This document shows, one piece after another, positions 50,112-62,489 of a stretch of DNA of 64,000 nucleotides (its first letter is position 1; every line of letters starts with the position of its first letter). The stretch comes from Harriotta raleighana (Eukaryota). Under the pieces are notes generated by a model. The model searched no databases. It was not told the DNA's origin and saw only the letters and a program-made list of their open reading frames with translations. The stretch covers positions 2,052,056 through 2,116,055 of the forward strand of contig JBNZDD010013626.1 in assembly GCA_050575255.1 (NCBI GenBank). Reading direction: 5' to 3'. Position numbers and translations under genes: made by a program.

Positions 50112-51645
50112 GTATGTGGCTGAATGTGTTTTCCTTTGATTGTATATTTTTAACTTAAAAAAACTGCGATTTTCACCAGATCGTTGTTAATCGTTGTCCA
50201 TTCACCTTTAGTGCACCAGCTCAATATCTGGTCAGGAACTTGAAAAAAAAAATCCCTATTTAAACAGAAATTCCTTTTAACTGAACACCTCTGGTAAATA
50301 AAATTCAGTTTTTTTTTAAAAAAAGTTCCTTATTGCAGTTCCATTGTAAAACTTTTCCCAACCATAAGGTGCTCCCAGCCTCATGGTACATTTGTTAAAC
50401 ATCTAGCTGCTGTTTTCAGTAATAAATCCAGCATTGTATTCCTAGACGTCATCATCCATTTGAGTCTTTATTGCTGAATTTAATCTTGTACAAATGCATC
50501 TTTTCAATTGACCTCTGTTCACAATAAATCCATTTTGAAACATGCAGCATTTTATACCAGAACTCTTGGTTGGTATTGATCTTACATTCTGAATAACTGA
50601 TTGTAGAATGGCAGAAATTGCTTGCACATACCACATAGCAGCCAATAGCTTACCGAATGCACATCTCGTCAATAAAACGTTATTATTTAGAAACCTATCC
50701 AGTATTTGAAACAGTCCTGTGATATTTGTAGAGCTTTTTCTCCCATCTTTCCTTTATATTCACAAAGGTGTTTCTGAAAGCGGGGAATTGCTGATAATAT
50801 TGCTCCTGTAAATGTCATAAATTTGCAAACCGAGGCACTAGAGATGCTGATAAGTCCCCGGGGATATCATAGACAACATGATTGGAATGATTTAAATGTA
50901 CAATTTGGCTGGGACCCAAATATTTAGTTATAGCAAGGGACCATTGTTATGCAAGAAAATTGCTTTTGATCATTTGGTTCTCTGCCATGAACTAAAAGCT
51001 TTAGAAATGAAGTCATACCTAATCTGGGAAGAATGTCTGGTTTATGGATCAAAGGATCTTCCCCATCATTGGAACCCACACATACAGAGCATGTATGTCC
51101 AAGTTGTGCCAACACAATGGGAAAGCTTGTTGCTAGCAGTAAAATTAAAGACAACTAGCAACTTTGAAAATAAGCAACTATTCCCTCTCCGACAACATAA
51201 TGATCTATACTCACGGACATGGTAGTGCTATTCTCAGGACTATTCCCTTAGTGATGTGATGGAACTGATGCAATTAGCACAACAGTTTGATGACTTTCAT
51301 GCCTTAAATATTAATTCAAGATGTGACTTGGTGGAAATTTGGAATTAGAATGGATTGTAATTCATCGACAGATGTACAGTATTTCCAGAACTTGATTCTT
51401 TTCAGAAATCTTAAAATAACGAACTTCCTTTCCAATGCTAACAGGAAGTCATTTTTTAAAGCCTGATTTGAATCAGTGAAAAATATGTATTTAAAAAAAA
51501 ATGTCAGTTGCCATCAATTTGCCTTGTGGAATAGGTTTTGGCTTCAGAGGTTTCCTGTGAATGCTCCCAATGTTTAGCTTCAAACTCTGGAAATATCCCA
51601 GGAGTTCTAAAATGCTAACAGTTTGTTCTTTTCCCTTTGCATTAG

Positions 51646-51846
51646 GAAAGACGGTTGCAAGTGTCTTGTTCATTGTAAAATGGGCATCAGCAGATCTGCA
51701 TCCACAGTCATTGCATACGCAATGAAAGAATATGGCTGGAACCTGGACAGAGCTTACAGTTATGTGAAAGAGAAGCGAGGAGTAATCAAACCCAATCCAA
51801 GTTTCATGAAGCAATTGGAGGAGTACCAGGGCATCCTATTAGCTAG
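51646..51846 (+). CDS. ssh2: ssh2 exon 13 (201 nt), catalytic loop HCKMGISRS
   Basis: gcattag|G acceptor, AG|gtaggt donor; intact HCx5R motif (Cys codon 51674-51676, Arg 51692-51694), then AYAMKEYGW and PNPSFMKQL. Confidence 0.97.
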
Positions 51847-52147
51847 GTAGGTACATCAGAATGGATGGTCGTTCGAGATTGTCTTAAATTTGGGGCATGT
51901 TTAGAAGCGTAGAAATGCTCTGCATAGAAGGCCATTTGACTGACTTAGAAGGCCATGTGTCTGTGCCACCCACCAGCTTAAACTTCTGGTTCATTGACTT
52001 TTTTCTCTCTCTAGCTGCAAAGGTTTTATTTAATTTTAAAAAGTATTGGCTCATGAGAGATGTACGTATGTGTGAGGAGATCCCTTTAACTTTCATGAAC
52101 TGTACCTCATTGAGGAACAGTTTTGAACTGTTTTGAAATAAAAATTT

Positions 52148-52210
52148 CAGCGCCTTGGAACATCCTCCTGACGTGAAAGGCGCTCTATAAATGTAATTTT
52201 GTTGTTGTTG
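52148..52210 (+). mobile_element. Isolated L2 3' terminus (~60 bp)
   Basis: CAGCGCCTTGGAACATCCTCCTGACGTGAAAGGCGCTCTATAAATGTAATTTTGTTGTTGTTG; similar isolated ends at ~23245, ~32740, ~45187 and ~57848. Confidence 0.75.
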
Positions 52211-53708
52211 AACTGTGCCTCTGAACAGTCACAGGGAAAGCTTGTGCTTGAGATATCAAGTTGCAAACTACTGAACATTTTTGTTTCTATCAAGTTATTC
52301 AATGCATGTTCCACTCGCTGAAACCCTTGGCTTCATACCCCAAAATAGACCCTGTTGTATGACAGGAAAGATGACACCAATACAAACACCCTGTGTGGTT
52401 CTTTGAAATAAAAATCAAGCCATTTAATTTTTTTTAAAGTACATTGGCAAACTGTTTGATTCGAAGCTCAGTGCAGTAATACTTCAAGAATCTCTTCTAA
52501 ATCTGCCTGTTGAATTTAGGAAATTGTGCTTGTAATTATTTAACCTTTTCGCAATCTGCAATCGTTTTAACTCCATTACATGAGCATTTATTCAAGTCAC
52601 ATAATGGACCCCGCTGCCCTTTGCACATTTGTGGAACATTGTGAGGACCACAAAAATGTTGTGCTCGTCCAAAATCCCTGCAGTCGTTTCCAAGGACCCA
52701 CAAGGCCAAGAGATGTGATCTGTTTATCGCATGCCTAGGCCTCATTGTAGTTGCATGAACTTGTCCATGTAAACACGACTTCAGTGTTTCTCAGCAAAAG
52801 GATTTCAGTACTTCTAGGTTAATGATGTAATCTGTTTATGGCAACTTTGAAAGAATCCAGAGGGACATCTGAAACTTATTTTTGGCTTGGAAGCAGGTGA
52901 TATTTAGAGGGGGAAAAAGCAAGTCACATTACCAGAGGCAGCTGACAGTACACACTGACCTTTCAATTATTAAGGAAGCCTGGTTGCTTTCTAAAGTTAT
53001 GTAACTTTCTGTGTAACAGTCATTGCAAAATGTTCCCTCCAAAAATACACAGGGACTGAGCTTCTTGGAAGTGATATTTACATGTGCTTTTTTTAACTGT
53101 AGTTTTTACAATGCCTCAATATATTTCTCAATCTGGTTTGATGACGTGTACTTTGTTCTCTGCACATCTATACGCTTTCTGTAAAGGTGTCATCTTAATG
53201 AAGGGTTTCAGCACATAAGGATACATTTTGTTCATAATTCATTTGAGTTCAGAATTGAACTTGTGAAATAATTCTACAAAATGCTGTGGAACTGTTTGGC
53301 AATTTATCATTTTTAAATATACATTTGTATTCATTTTCCCTGTGTTTTAGCCACCCCATCCACCCCACATAGAGTAAGGATTTTAGTGGAATAATTTTTT
53401 TTTGTGACAAATCGTTTCTTTTGTCAAAGTGGCTATTCTCTCTCTGCATAGAGATGAACAGCAGTGGGGAATTGTGTGTTACATGTATATATTGTTTTCC
53501 AATAAACCAAGTCTAGCCTCCAAAGATACCATCATTTGAGCATTTTATCCTCCCCACACCCCCCAAGAAATGTTTGATGTAGTTAAGATGGTTCGGAGCA
53601 TTTTGAACACATTTGTTCCTTGTTTTAAGATCACCTGCATCTCATTTGTTCTGTCAGAAGTACTTCACATTGGAAGTTTGTTTAAAGTGCTACTTTCTCT
53701 TATTGCAG

Positions 53709-54549
53709 CAAACAGCGACACAATAAATTATGGCGCTCGCACTCTGACAGCGACCTTTCTGGCCCTCACGAGCATACTACCAAGTCTATGGTTGACTTCA
53801 ACAGAAGGGACAGCATCTCCATTGCAGAGCCGTCCACCGACCTACTAGATGCCCAGTTCTACCATCCCCACACCTCAGACTTGAACACTGTTTTACCAGG
53901 ACTGCATGAGGAACAGGTCAAATTCAATCCTGGGTCAATCCCTTATGTAAAATGTCATTCTGCTGACGATTGTTCTGACAGGAATTGGGCAACTAAACGG
54001 ATGGGCATGGCCACCGATAGTTTCTCCAAGAGTTGCACCGGTTGCAACTCAGATGTTTGTAGTTTTACTCCCATCCACAATTGCCAGGATGGAAACCCCA
54101 CAGAGGCCTTGTCCCATCATGAACTGGTTTCACAGATGACACCCATAATGGCTCTGCCAAATCTAGAAAACGGCCCCGTCAGTTCTGTTCCAAACTGCAT
54201 CTCGTTGGCATTACTTGAAACCGAGTCTCAGCCAGACGATCACATAGTATCACAGGAGATGGCATCACCGCTCTCGCCCTCCCACGAGTATCTCAAAGCT
54301 TCCTGCTCAAGTCCTGACCGGATAAACTTTTTTAGCGCCAGAGAAAAATTCATAGAGCTTTCCCAGGAAGGTAAGAGTCGAGCCCATTTAAACTCAAAGA
54401 TGGAGGAGCTTGGTGAAGGGAGGTGCTGTGCCACGAAAGGAGCTGAACAAGAAGCTGATGAAGAACAGCAACAAGTAGTCGAGTCGGAGAGCATTGTGGC
54501 CCAAGTGGCAGAATTGACAGATGGCGGCAATAGTGAGGACGCCAATAAG
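53709..54549 (+). CDS. ssh2: ssh2 exon 14 (841 nt; KQRHNKLWRSHSDSDLS...EDANK)
   Basis: attgcag|C acceptor, AAG|gtagaa donor; open frame includes ORF 53788..54609; motifs WRSHSDSDL and DRINFFSAREKFIELSQE. Confidence 0.9.
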
Positions 54550-54619
54550 GTAGAAATTGTTCATATTTTGATCTTTTGCCTTTGTTTTCCACTCAGAGCT
54601 ATAATTTAGATGACTGCTA

Positions 54620-54824
54620 ATTCGATTGAGTGGTTGATTGGGTAACTGTGATGATGAGCCACGTATACCAGGTGAGGGGTTATAAACCTTGGTTTGCTCT
54701 CAGCTGGTCTTAAATCAGGATGTGAGTGGAGCAGAACAGTTGGCCTTTATATCCCAGGTGAGCAAGAGGATATGTCATCCAAGGTTTCCGCTGCTGCTCA
54801 TTATCCAGTGAACCCCAGCTGGAA

Positions 54825-54858
<34 letters not shown>

Positions 54859-54960
54859 TGTGTGTGTGCGTGAGAGACAGCGAGAAAGATACCTATCATG
54901 GTGAAAAGGGCTTGGTGATGCCCTCTTTTCCAAGTCATCTCTGATCTGCTGATTATTAAG
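54620..54960 (+). mobile_element. Old SINE (second family) containing a (TG)n microsatellite at ~54825-54868
   Basis: Degenerate blocks match the reverse complement of 22365-22740; the TG repeat is directly visible. Confidence 0.45.
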
Positions 54961-55286
54961 ACTTTGAACGCAGTGTTGACATGTCTACATCTCCATGGTT
55001 GCTTTGATTACTTTTCAAACACATCTCCTTGTAGTCAATTCAAGGGAGTTCTGCTTAACCCTTCCCCCTCTTTCCCTGTAGAGGATATCTGCAGACCTGT
55101 ATATATTATTTCAGTCTCCAAAGGAAACTCACTGTTATTTAAACTCAGGTTCCAAGTTCAGCTGTGGTATTTAGGGTATTGTGATCTTAATATATATGTA
55201 AGCTTCACAGAAAAGTTGCTGATGTTTCCAGGTGGGAGTGATGTAATTTGCTACACATTTGTAAGTTTTCTTACTTCTTTCTCTAG

Positions 55287-57401
55287 GAGAATCTGCTATC
55301 AAAAATATTAACCAAGAAATATGCCCTAACAAGATCTCAATCGTTAAATGTTATATCTGTGAAAGAAATAGTGACAGAAATAGAGTCCATCAACCAGGCT
55401 TCAGGCTTGTGCCAAAGTAAGACTGAAAGTGTCCCACCCAATCCACCAAAGAGGAATACAATTCATGAACTGACAACAGAGATGCTTTGGTTTTCAGAAA
55501 ATACCAATGCTGCAAACAAATCTGGTGCTGAAATGCAATCCACAGCCGGAAATAATTGTGAGAAAGCCAGAGATCAGATTGTACCTGAACCCGACAAACA
55601 AAATCCAGTGACTATAGTGGGGGAGGACATCAAGGGTCCTCATGAGGCAGCCTTCGAAGAGTCAGCACAGGAAGGGAGCGTAGACCACAAGCAAGTAGCA
55701 AAATGGTGTCCTGGCTCAGTGAAACGAGCCACTAAGGAGTTTGAGCAAAGGTTAAAGCAAGAGCAGGAACAGCAGTCGTGTGTGGTCACGGTACCGATAC
55801 GTAAAAACTCCAGAATTGACGGAGTGACGAGCACCGAATCTGTGGTGAAAGGTACGAATGAGGATGACTCTCTCGAATCAGCATCTATCTTCAGGGATGA
55901 AGGAAATGAAAGCATGGTCGAAGATATATGTTTGTCAACAGAACACCCCATGCCTCCAAGTGATGAATTAACCACAGATGCTGTGGAGCACTCATCACCA
56001 ATGGGGCAGAAAATGGCCCAAGGAGAATCCGAGTTAGTGGAACTTCAAACAATGCATTCTTGTGAAACCTCTGAGCAACTGAGTTCACAAATACAACTTC
56101 CAAAGAGAATTGAGATTATTGAGTATACCCATGCAGTTAAACAACTTGCTTCTCAAGCAGATAATGATAACTTTGGCTTGTCTGTCGAGGAAAAGTCTTC
56201 AGTAAACAGAAAGGATACAGTTGTCCAATCTGAGGATTATCGAGAAATCAAGACAGAGGTACAGACTTCAAGGCTGCTGGAGCTTTTGCCATTGGATGTT
56301 CCAACCGTCACCCAAAAATACAAGAAAGAAATGACCTTCACAATTGGCAGTCCTTCAGACGAGGAAGATGATAGCTCAGCTGATGACAAAATGACAGCCT
56401 TTATCAGTCATATCTCGCATTCACCATCAATAGGCTCCGAACATGTTTATCAGACTCATACAGTACATCTGGAAGGTGTCACAGAACTAAGCACAGACAC
56501 TGATGTAGAGATCCCTGATGAAAAGTTGATCCACTCAGAGAACGAACTCCAGGAAACTCAAACCAGGGAGACGTCTTCGCAAAGTCCAGGCACTTGCTGC
56601 ATCACTCACATGAGTCATGAAGACTTGCAGTTGAGCTTCGACAGATTTGATGAAAGTGTCAGAGAGAGTTTCAGCCGGTTTGAAAAAAGTTTCCGAGAGA
56701 TGCGGGAGGCATTAGGTTCCTCCAATCTTGAACACAACCTTAGCCATATCTCTAACAATGACAGCATCAATAAACTAAGCAGTGCTCCAGGGATGGTGAA
56801 GCAGCGAGCAAAGGAAATTGAAGCTCGGATAAGGCAGGCAGGTCTCACAACTCCATCACAGATGAAGCGCTCAGCATCTATAGCCAAGCTCGGTTGCTTG
56901 GAGCTCTCGATGGACGATGTGTCTAAAAAAGACTTTGATAGTTCTGAGACTTGCCGAGCATTTTATGACACGTTCGAGAACACATCGTGGAGGGTTCAAA
57001 GCCCACGCGAGTTCAGAAACGAGTGCTCCGAGGAAGATGAGCCCAGCAAAAAACTGTGCGTTGTTTCCATCTGTGTCCCGCAACAAGAACTCCAGGCTAC
57101 AAGTTGCTTCATGGAACAACTTAAAACATCAGAGAACATTGTCCAAAGCAAGCCTGTAGAGAAGCCCACAATTCAGTTCGCCAAAACCTTTGAATCAACC
57201 CAAACAAGTCCACCAGAAAGTGCAGAGGAAAACTTTCCATCGATAAATCCACCGTCTCCTTCAGAGCTGGACAGTTCTAGCCACACCTCACTGATGGCTG
57301 TAGCTCCTCGAGCGCAACACGGTCGAACTCATCCACTGAGGAGACTAAAAAAGACTATTGAGAAAAAGCGGACATCCAATCCTTTATATAACACTATGTG
57401 A
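55287..57401 (+). CDS. ssh2: ssh2 terminal coding exon 15 (ENLLSK...SVKEIVTEIES...RTSNPLYNTM*)
   Basis: ctttctctag|GAG acceptor in frame with the 680-aa ORF 55359..57401; Ser/Glu-rich tail with islands WCPGSVKRAT, VKQRAKEIE, MKRSASIAKLG, HGRTHPLRRLKK; TGA at 57399-57401. Confidence 0.93.
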   Translation, partial: ENLLSKILTKKYALTRSQSLNVISVKEIVTEIESINQASGLCQSKTESVPPNPPKRNTIHELTTEMLWFSENTNAANKSGAEMQSTAGNNCEKARDQIVPEPDKQNPVTIVGEDIKGPHEAAFEESAQEGSVDHKQVAKWCPGSVKRATKEFEQRLKQEQEQQSCVVTVPIRKNSRIDGVTSTESVVKGTNEDDSLESASIFRDEGNESMVEDICLSTEHPMPPSDELTTDAVEHSSPMGQKMAQGESELVELQTMHSCETSEQLSSQIQLPKRIEIIEYTHAVKQLASQADNDNFGLSVEEKSSVNRKDTVVQSEDYREIKTEVQTSRLLELLPLDVPTVTQKYKKEMTFTIGSPSDEEDDSSADDKMTAFISHISHSPSIGSEHVYQTHTVHLEGVTELSTDTDVEIPDEKLIHSENELQETQTRETSSQSPGTCCITHMSHEDLQLSFDRFDESVRESFSRFEKSFREMREALGSSNLEHNLSHISNNDSINKLSSAPGMVKQRAKEIEARIRQAGLTTPSQMKRSASIAKLGCLELSMDDVSKKDFDSSETCRAFYDTFENTSWRVQSPREFRNECSEEDEPSKKLCVVSICVPQQELQATSCFMEQLKTSENIVQSKPVEKPTIQFAKTFESTQTSPPESAEENFPSINPPSPSELDSSSHTSLMAVAPRAQHGRTHPLRRLKKTIEKKRTSNPLYNTM

Positions 57402-57555
57402 TCCTAAACCTCGCCTTTTGTATATAAATTGGGCAAGTGTCTAAGGAACATGCACTTTATAGTTTGTTTTCTATATATTAAATATGAGGGGAGGGTACTT
57501 TTTTTTTTGGGGGGGGGGGGGGAGGGGGGGGGCTCCGTGGTAAAAGCTTGCAAAA

Positions 57556-57668
57556 NNNNNNNNNNNNNNNNNNNNNNNNNNNNNNNNNNNNNNNNNNNNN
57601 NNNNNNNNNNNNNNNNNNNNNNNNNNNNNNNNNNNNNNNNNNNNNNNNNNNNNNNNNNNNNNNNNNNN
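57556..57668. other. Assembly gap (N run) in the 3'UTR with a duplicated flank
   Basis: GCTCCGTGGTAAAAGCTTGCAAAA, preceded by a G run, occurs both before and after the gap. Confidence 0.95.
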
Positions 57669-60600
57669 GGGGGGGTGCTCCGTGGTAAAAGCTTGCAAAA
57701 CTGTGGGTTGACTTTTTACCTGCAGTTGGTTCTGACTGAAACGAACGTGATTGAAACTGAACCCTTTTAACCATATGACCTTATTTATAGGAACACACCA
57801 TCCAATACACAATGAATGAAGATGTTTGATTGCAGATCAGTTGACATAAACAACAACAAAATTACACTTGTATAGCCTATCTCTCCCATCAGGATAATCA
57901 GGGAAAAACATCTACAGTATTTTGATAAATTCTGCCTTTTTGTTCAGTAAACTTAACGCAACCTGTTGTTTGTTTTCCCAGTTGTTCACGACACTCACCA
58001 TACTAAACCTAAACATTTGTAGATATACTCACCATAAGAGGACTAATCTTGCCCTCTTTTCAAAGCAATGTTTAAAGCAAATTTAAATTTACTCTAAACC
58101 AGGATTTGAAGCCACTAACTACATTTCACTTGCATATGGTTTTAGATTGGCTCTCCCTTTCTCTGGCACTCACTCAAAAAGAAGTCTATAATGTACACTT
58201 ATTGTAAAAATGGTTGTTTGTCTCCTTTGGATTATACCTCATTATCTCAACCATTATTGCAAAACCCGGTGCTCAGCAGGCCATAGTAAACCCTCTCCAC
58301 ATCTGGACCTTAAATATCTGTGGATCCCTGCTCATAAGGGATCACTCAGAGACTGTTAGAAGCCGCCCAGTTTTATTTTTTCTAATCTCCTCTCTGCTGA
58401 ACCAACCTTCCTTGTCTTCTACCGAGAGAATGATGGCTGCAGATGGATGCAGCTAGCTGTTGTGTTGGATTGTGTGTTCTGTGAAGGTGGGCTGCAGTCA
58501 GGGTTAATCTGAAGTATTACTTGAACACTGCAGTGGGCCTCCAATATCGATTAAAAGGGTAACATTTGAAATACGTCATCTGAACTCTGACTCCCTGCAT
58601 CACTTTTGTACATTCTGCCCCTACAGTGCTGCCTCTGAAAAGGACTAAAATTCATTGCATGTGTTTAATCTTAACAAGGTGGCTTGTTTTCATAAGCATT
58701 TTCCTATATAAAAAAAACAACCTGTAAACGCTTCATTCTGTTTTTCTGTTATATTTGGAAACAATATCAACTTCACATCTTTATTTCTGTTACATGTGTA
58801 TTTATTACTTCATTGTTTGTTGTTTTTCCTGCCTCTGAGTGTATTCAATAAGGGCAAGAGTTCTTGATATGGACTGGAAGTGTTGGGATTTTCAATTTGC
58901 TATTTACTTTGCTTCCTTTTTATGTTTGTTTTAAAAAGTGACTCATTTAGTAATAGCAACAGTAGTGTGGGAGAATATCAAGAAACGTTTTCCTTGGATG
59001 AATAGTTAAGAGATTTACACTGTTTGGAATATTATAAAACCTGTTGTGTCTGGTATCACTCCAAATTCTAGATTAGATGTACTGAAAGAGGAAGATAAGA
59101 TGAGAAAACAGTGGTATTCTTGAAATAATCATTTTCTTCTTCCTCTCTTCCACTTGATTATCTTCTCTATACCTTATTTTCCCGCCTGATCTGGTCAATG
59201 CCACCATGTACAAACCTCCCACACAGTTTATTAAGTCGGTCGTTTTACTACTTATACAGTTTGCCAAATGTTTCTTTGATTTTGAATCTCGCATACATTT
59301 TACCAGGGCACAACCTCTATGTTTTTTTTCTAAAAAAGCCTAGATAAAACTCGTCATTTTGGGCAGGAACCCATTCTTACAAAGGTGCTTTCCTCACTTT
59401 ATCTGGGAATAAAGTGTGAAGGACCTTTTTTAAATAAACTTAGTTACAGTGCTCGATGATTAGCTGTTTCATGTGCTTGTTTGCCCCAATTGTTTTACTT
59501 TCTCTGTACCCCCTGTAGTTTGTCCCTGCAGGATTTTTAAACCATTTCAATTATGAACGGCCACAGTTTACTTTTAATCTACACAATAGTTTCAATAGGC
59601 AAACCTTCTCATAAAATAGGATCTGTAAACTTTTAAAAGTGCTACGCAAAGGCAACCCCCGCCCACCCCCAAAAAAAATCGCTACAGAATATTAGCGTGT
59701 AGGTTCCTAGAAATCTTGCATCTTAAACCTTTTGCGCATTTCAGTTTTTCCCATTCTGACACTGATGGGTGTGTGGGAGGGGTGGGGTGGGGGGGCTGCT
59801 TTTTCCCAATTAATACCCACCTGGAAGCAGGTGGGGGGGGAGGAGGGGGGAGAAGAGTGTGTGTGTGTAAAAGTCGTCCCATTGAACTCAAGACAGTTCA
59901 GGCAGAGAGTTGGCTTCTGACAGATTCTTTGCTGGTTTGGGGAGATAAGGCCGGCTGTTGCAGAAAATGCCTCATATCATGGCTGTGAACCAATCTTCTG
60001 CCCCTTATGCACCGAGTTACAGGGAAGTTTTGGCATTTGCAGTTCCTGGTATTGATGTGTGTGCATATTTGCTTTGACTACATGGCAGTTGTGCTGATTG
60101 TGGTTTCTTTTTAAGCCACATACACCCCAACCCTATTGGCCCAAATCATCAGAGCTCATGCTTGTCCTGATGTGCGTTTGGGTTATCAATCGTGGTTCTA
60201 TTCCCCCCCCCCCCAAAGCAGTAAAATGACCCAAGATGTTCCAAACTGTAATAAAACAATGACAGACTTGCAGTTCTTTTTAAGCTTCTAGCACCATTGT
60301 ACATTGCCTGTGTTCATGGCTTCTGTTTTAAACTAAAAGGAGGGCATCAGACTTGTAACCAAAATGTGGAGGGTGTTTTTGCATAAAGAGTAATGTAAGA
60401 TGTGTTATTTGCTCAGGAGAGTCAGCCACAGCGGTTGCTACTCAGAATTTTAAGTGCAGGCATCACTGAGGCCTTTTATTAAGCCGACAAAGTTCAGTTT
60501 TTAAAGGGTAGTTTGGTTTCGTACAAATCAAATGTAGGGGTCCTTTTACAACCGTGGTTATTATTGTTTACATTGTGAATATTCAAGCTGTACGATACAT

Positions 60601-60751
60601 TTTTCTTAAATTATACCTTGTACTGTACTGTAAGGGCCGGTGTTGCGTGTATCATCCTATTTGCCTTGCTGATTGGTAGTTGAACTCGCTTTGTGCGTGT
60701 GAAACTTGATTTATTTTTACATACTATATTCTGCAAGTTCCTTTTTTTAAA

Positions 60752-60757
60752 AATAAA
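60752..60757 (+). terminator. Candidate polyadenylation signal (proximal)
   Basis: AATAAA after a T run, with T/GT-rich sequence downstream. Confidence 0.45.
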
Positions 60758-61277
60758 AAGTCCTGTAAATTGTGACCGACCACATGTGCTGCGTTTTTTT
60801 TAAACTCCGCTTTTAATTCATTCTGGTGGTTTTGTATAGTTTGAAAAACAAGAGCTTTTTTTAATCTAGCTGGATGCTATTTGATTGATGCAGTGTGTTT
60901 TCAAACCTCAAATAAGGAATATTTCCTTTATTTTGACAGCAGTAGCAAATGCCTTTTCAAATAAATCTATATGTGTGCGCGTGTGTTGGGAGGGGAGGGG
61001 ATCTAAGTAGTCAGAATACAATCTAGTACAGTTCAAGGTTAAAATGTTTGTTTTGGTTCCACACTCATTTTGCAGACACCAGTTTCTAAGTCAGGAATCG
61101 TCACTCAAACTCATTTGACCCTTTTCTGCCGCTATATTCACTCTTGTTAAGATTGACAATTACTGTATTTTTTTATTATGGGGTGTTCCACTGTAGATTT
61201 TTATGCAAGTGTGCTACATTGCTTTAATGTGAAGTCATGCACTGTTGTATGAAATCCAATGTTCTTGTTACAAAATG

Positions 61278-61283
61278 AATAAA
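61278..61283 (+). terminator. Candidate polyadenylation signal (distal)
   Basis: AATAAA preceded by TGTA motifs and followed by T-rich sequence; repeat-derived sequence resumes about 270 nt later. Confidence 0.45.
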
Positions 61284-62246
61284 TTTTTATTTTGGAGGAT
61301 GAATCCTTTTGCAAGTTTTATTGGGCATTTTATCATGTTTTTAATCAACTTCAGTTGGATAGCTTAGTGAGAATAAATGAGGCTGAGGTCAGTCAGAATG
61401 CATTTTTTTTCATAACTGAAATACTTCACAACTTGTAAAATTGCAAGGTAGAATCAACAGAAATATATATTTTTTTAAAAGACAGCGAGAGATTTTAAGA
61501 GATAAAGCGAAAGGTTGGAGACATTGCATTAAAAGAACTTCCAAATCTATAACTGATGGAACAGGTTCAATGGGCTGAATAGCCTCTTCTTGTTCCTGTT
61601 TTGCTGTTTGTTAAGAATAGTTCCTGTTTTCAAATGGACAGAATCATCCAACATGTTGTCACAACATCCCTCACGTTTGGTTAGCGCCTTCGGTCGTGTC
61701 CTACTTCACATTTCCATGATCGCACACAGTCTTCCCAAGTTACAGCACAGTACTTCTTTACAGCATTAAACAATTATTTGTCCTCGTTTTAGTTGTCTTC
61801 AGCAAAATACACGCCAAGTCCCTTCACAGACCATCACAAGTAGCAAAACAATGATGCTCATATCCCATTATATAACCAGCATCATCTAAGTATAACCTTA
61901 AAAAGTACAACACTGAGATCCAAGTACAATACGCCTTTCAATTATGGGTTCTTAAGTATGCTATGGTCAGTCTACTGTTAAACCCCATCTGAACAGTTTA
62001 TATTTTATACCAACTATATTTATTTCAGCTTATTTTTGCGCAGAGTGGGAAGGGAGGGCATCTTGTTTTTGTATTTGTTTACACTCGAGTTGCTGAAAGA
62101 CTCGATCATTAACTGGCATAAGTTTCGCTTGACAATCAGCCAGGATCAAACTTCAATTCATACAAATGATGAACCAAAACAATGGGGATTAGTATTCTCT
62201 GTGACTCATGTAAAGTCTTGCGACAGGGAAATGAGCCATTTCAGCT

Positions 62247-62442
62247 GAGGTGTCAGCCTGATTCAGTTCATAGCTCTCTCGCCTCTGAATCAGAAGGTTG
62301 TCGATTCGAGCCCTACATTGGGAACTCTTCACCCAACTGACACTCTAGTGGTGTGCTGGGGTGCGGGGTGGGGGGAGGACTGCTGTGACAGATGTACTGT
62401 CTTTCAGATGAGTTATTAACCAGGTTCCATCTGCATGTTCAG
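62247..62442 (+). mobile_element. DeuSINE-like element (tRNA head plus central domain), 3'-truncated
   Basis: GGTGTCAGCC..TCAGTT..TCTCGCCTCTGAATCAGAAGGTTGTCGATTCGAGCCC head followed by CTGACACTCTAGTG and GTCTTTCAGATGAG; resembles shark DeuSINEs as recalled. Confidence 0.65.
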
Positions 62443-62489
62443 CAAACAGAAGAGAGTTTCATTGGGTATCCAACCTACAATCTGCAGAA

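Larger units (their letters stand above)
57402..61300 (+). other. ssh2: Probable long ssh2 3'UTR
   Basis: Transposon-poor, U-rich stretch after the stop; AATAAA at 60752-60757 and 61278-61283 with T-rich sequence downstream. The 3' end is inferred. Confidence 0.6.

Noticed and set aside
55359-57401. 680-aa ORF as a stand-alone gene
   Set aside because: Starts at GTG inside a frame that is open back to the acceptor at 55287; it is the last ssh2 exon. The antisense ORFs over exons 14-15 are shadows of it.
57490-57700. Direct repeat around the N gap in the 3'UTR
   Set aside because: Same sequence on both sides of a gap next to a G homopolymer; most likely a false gap over an overlap.
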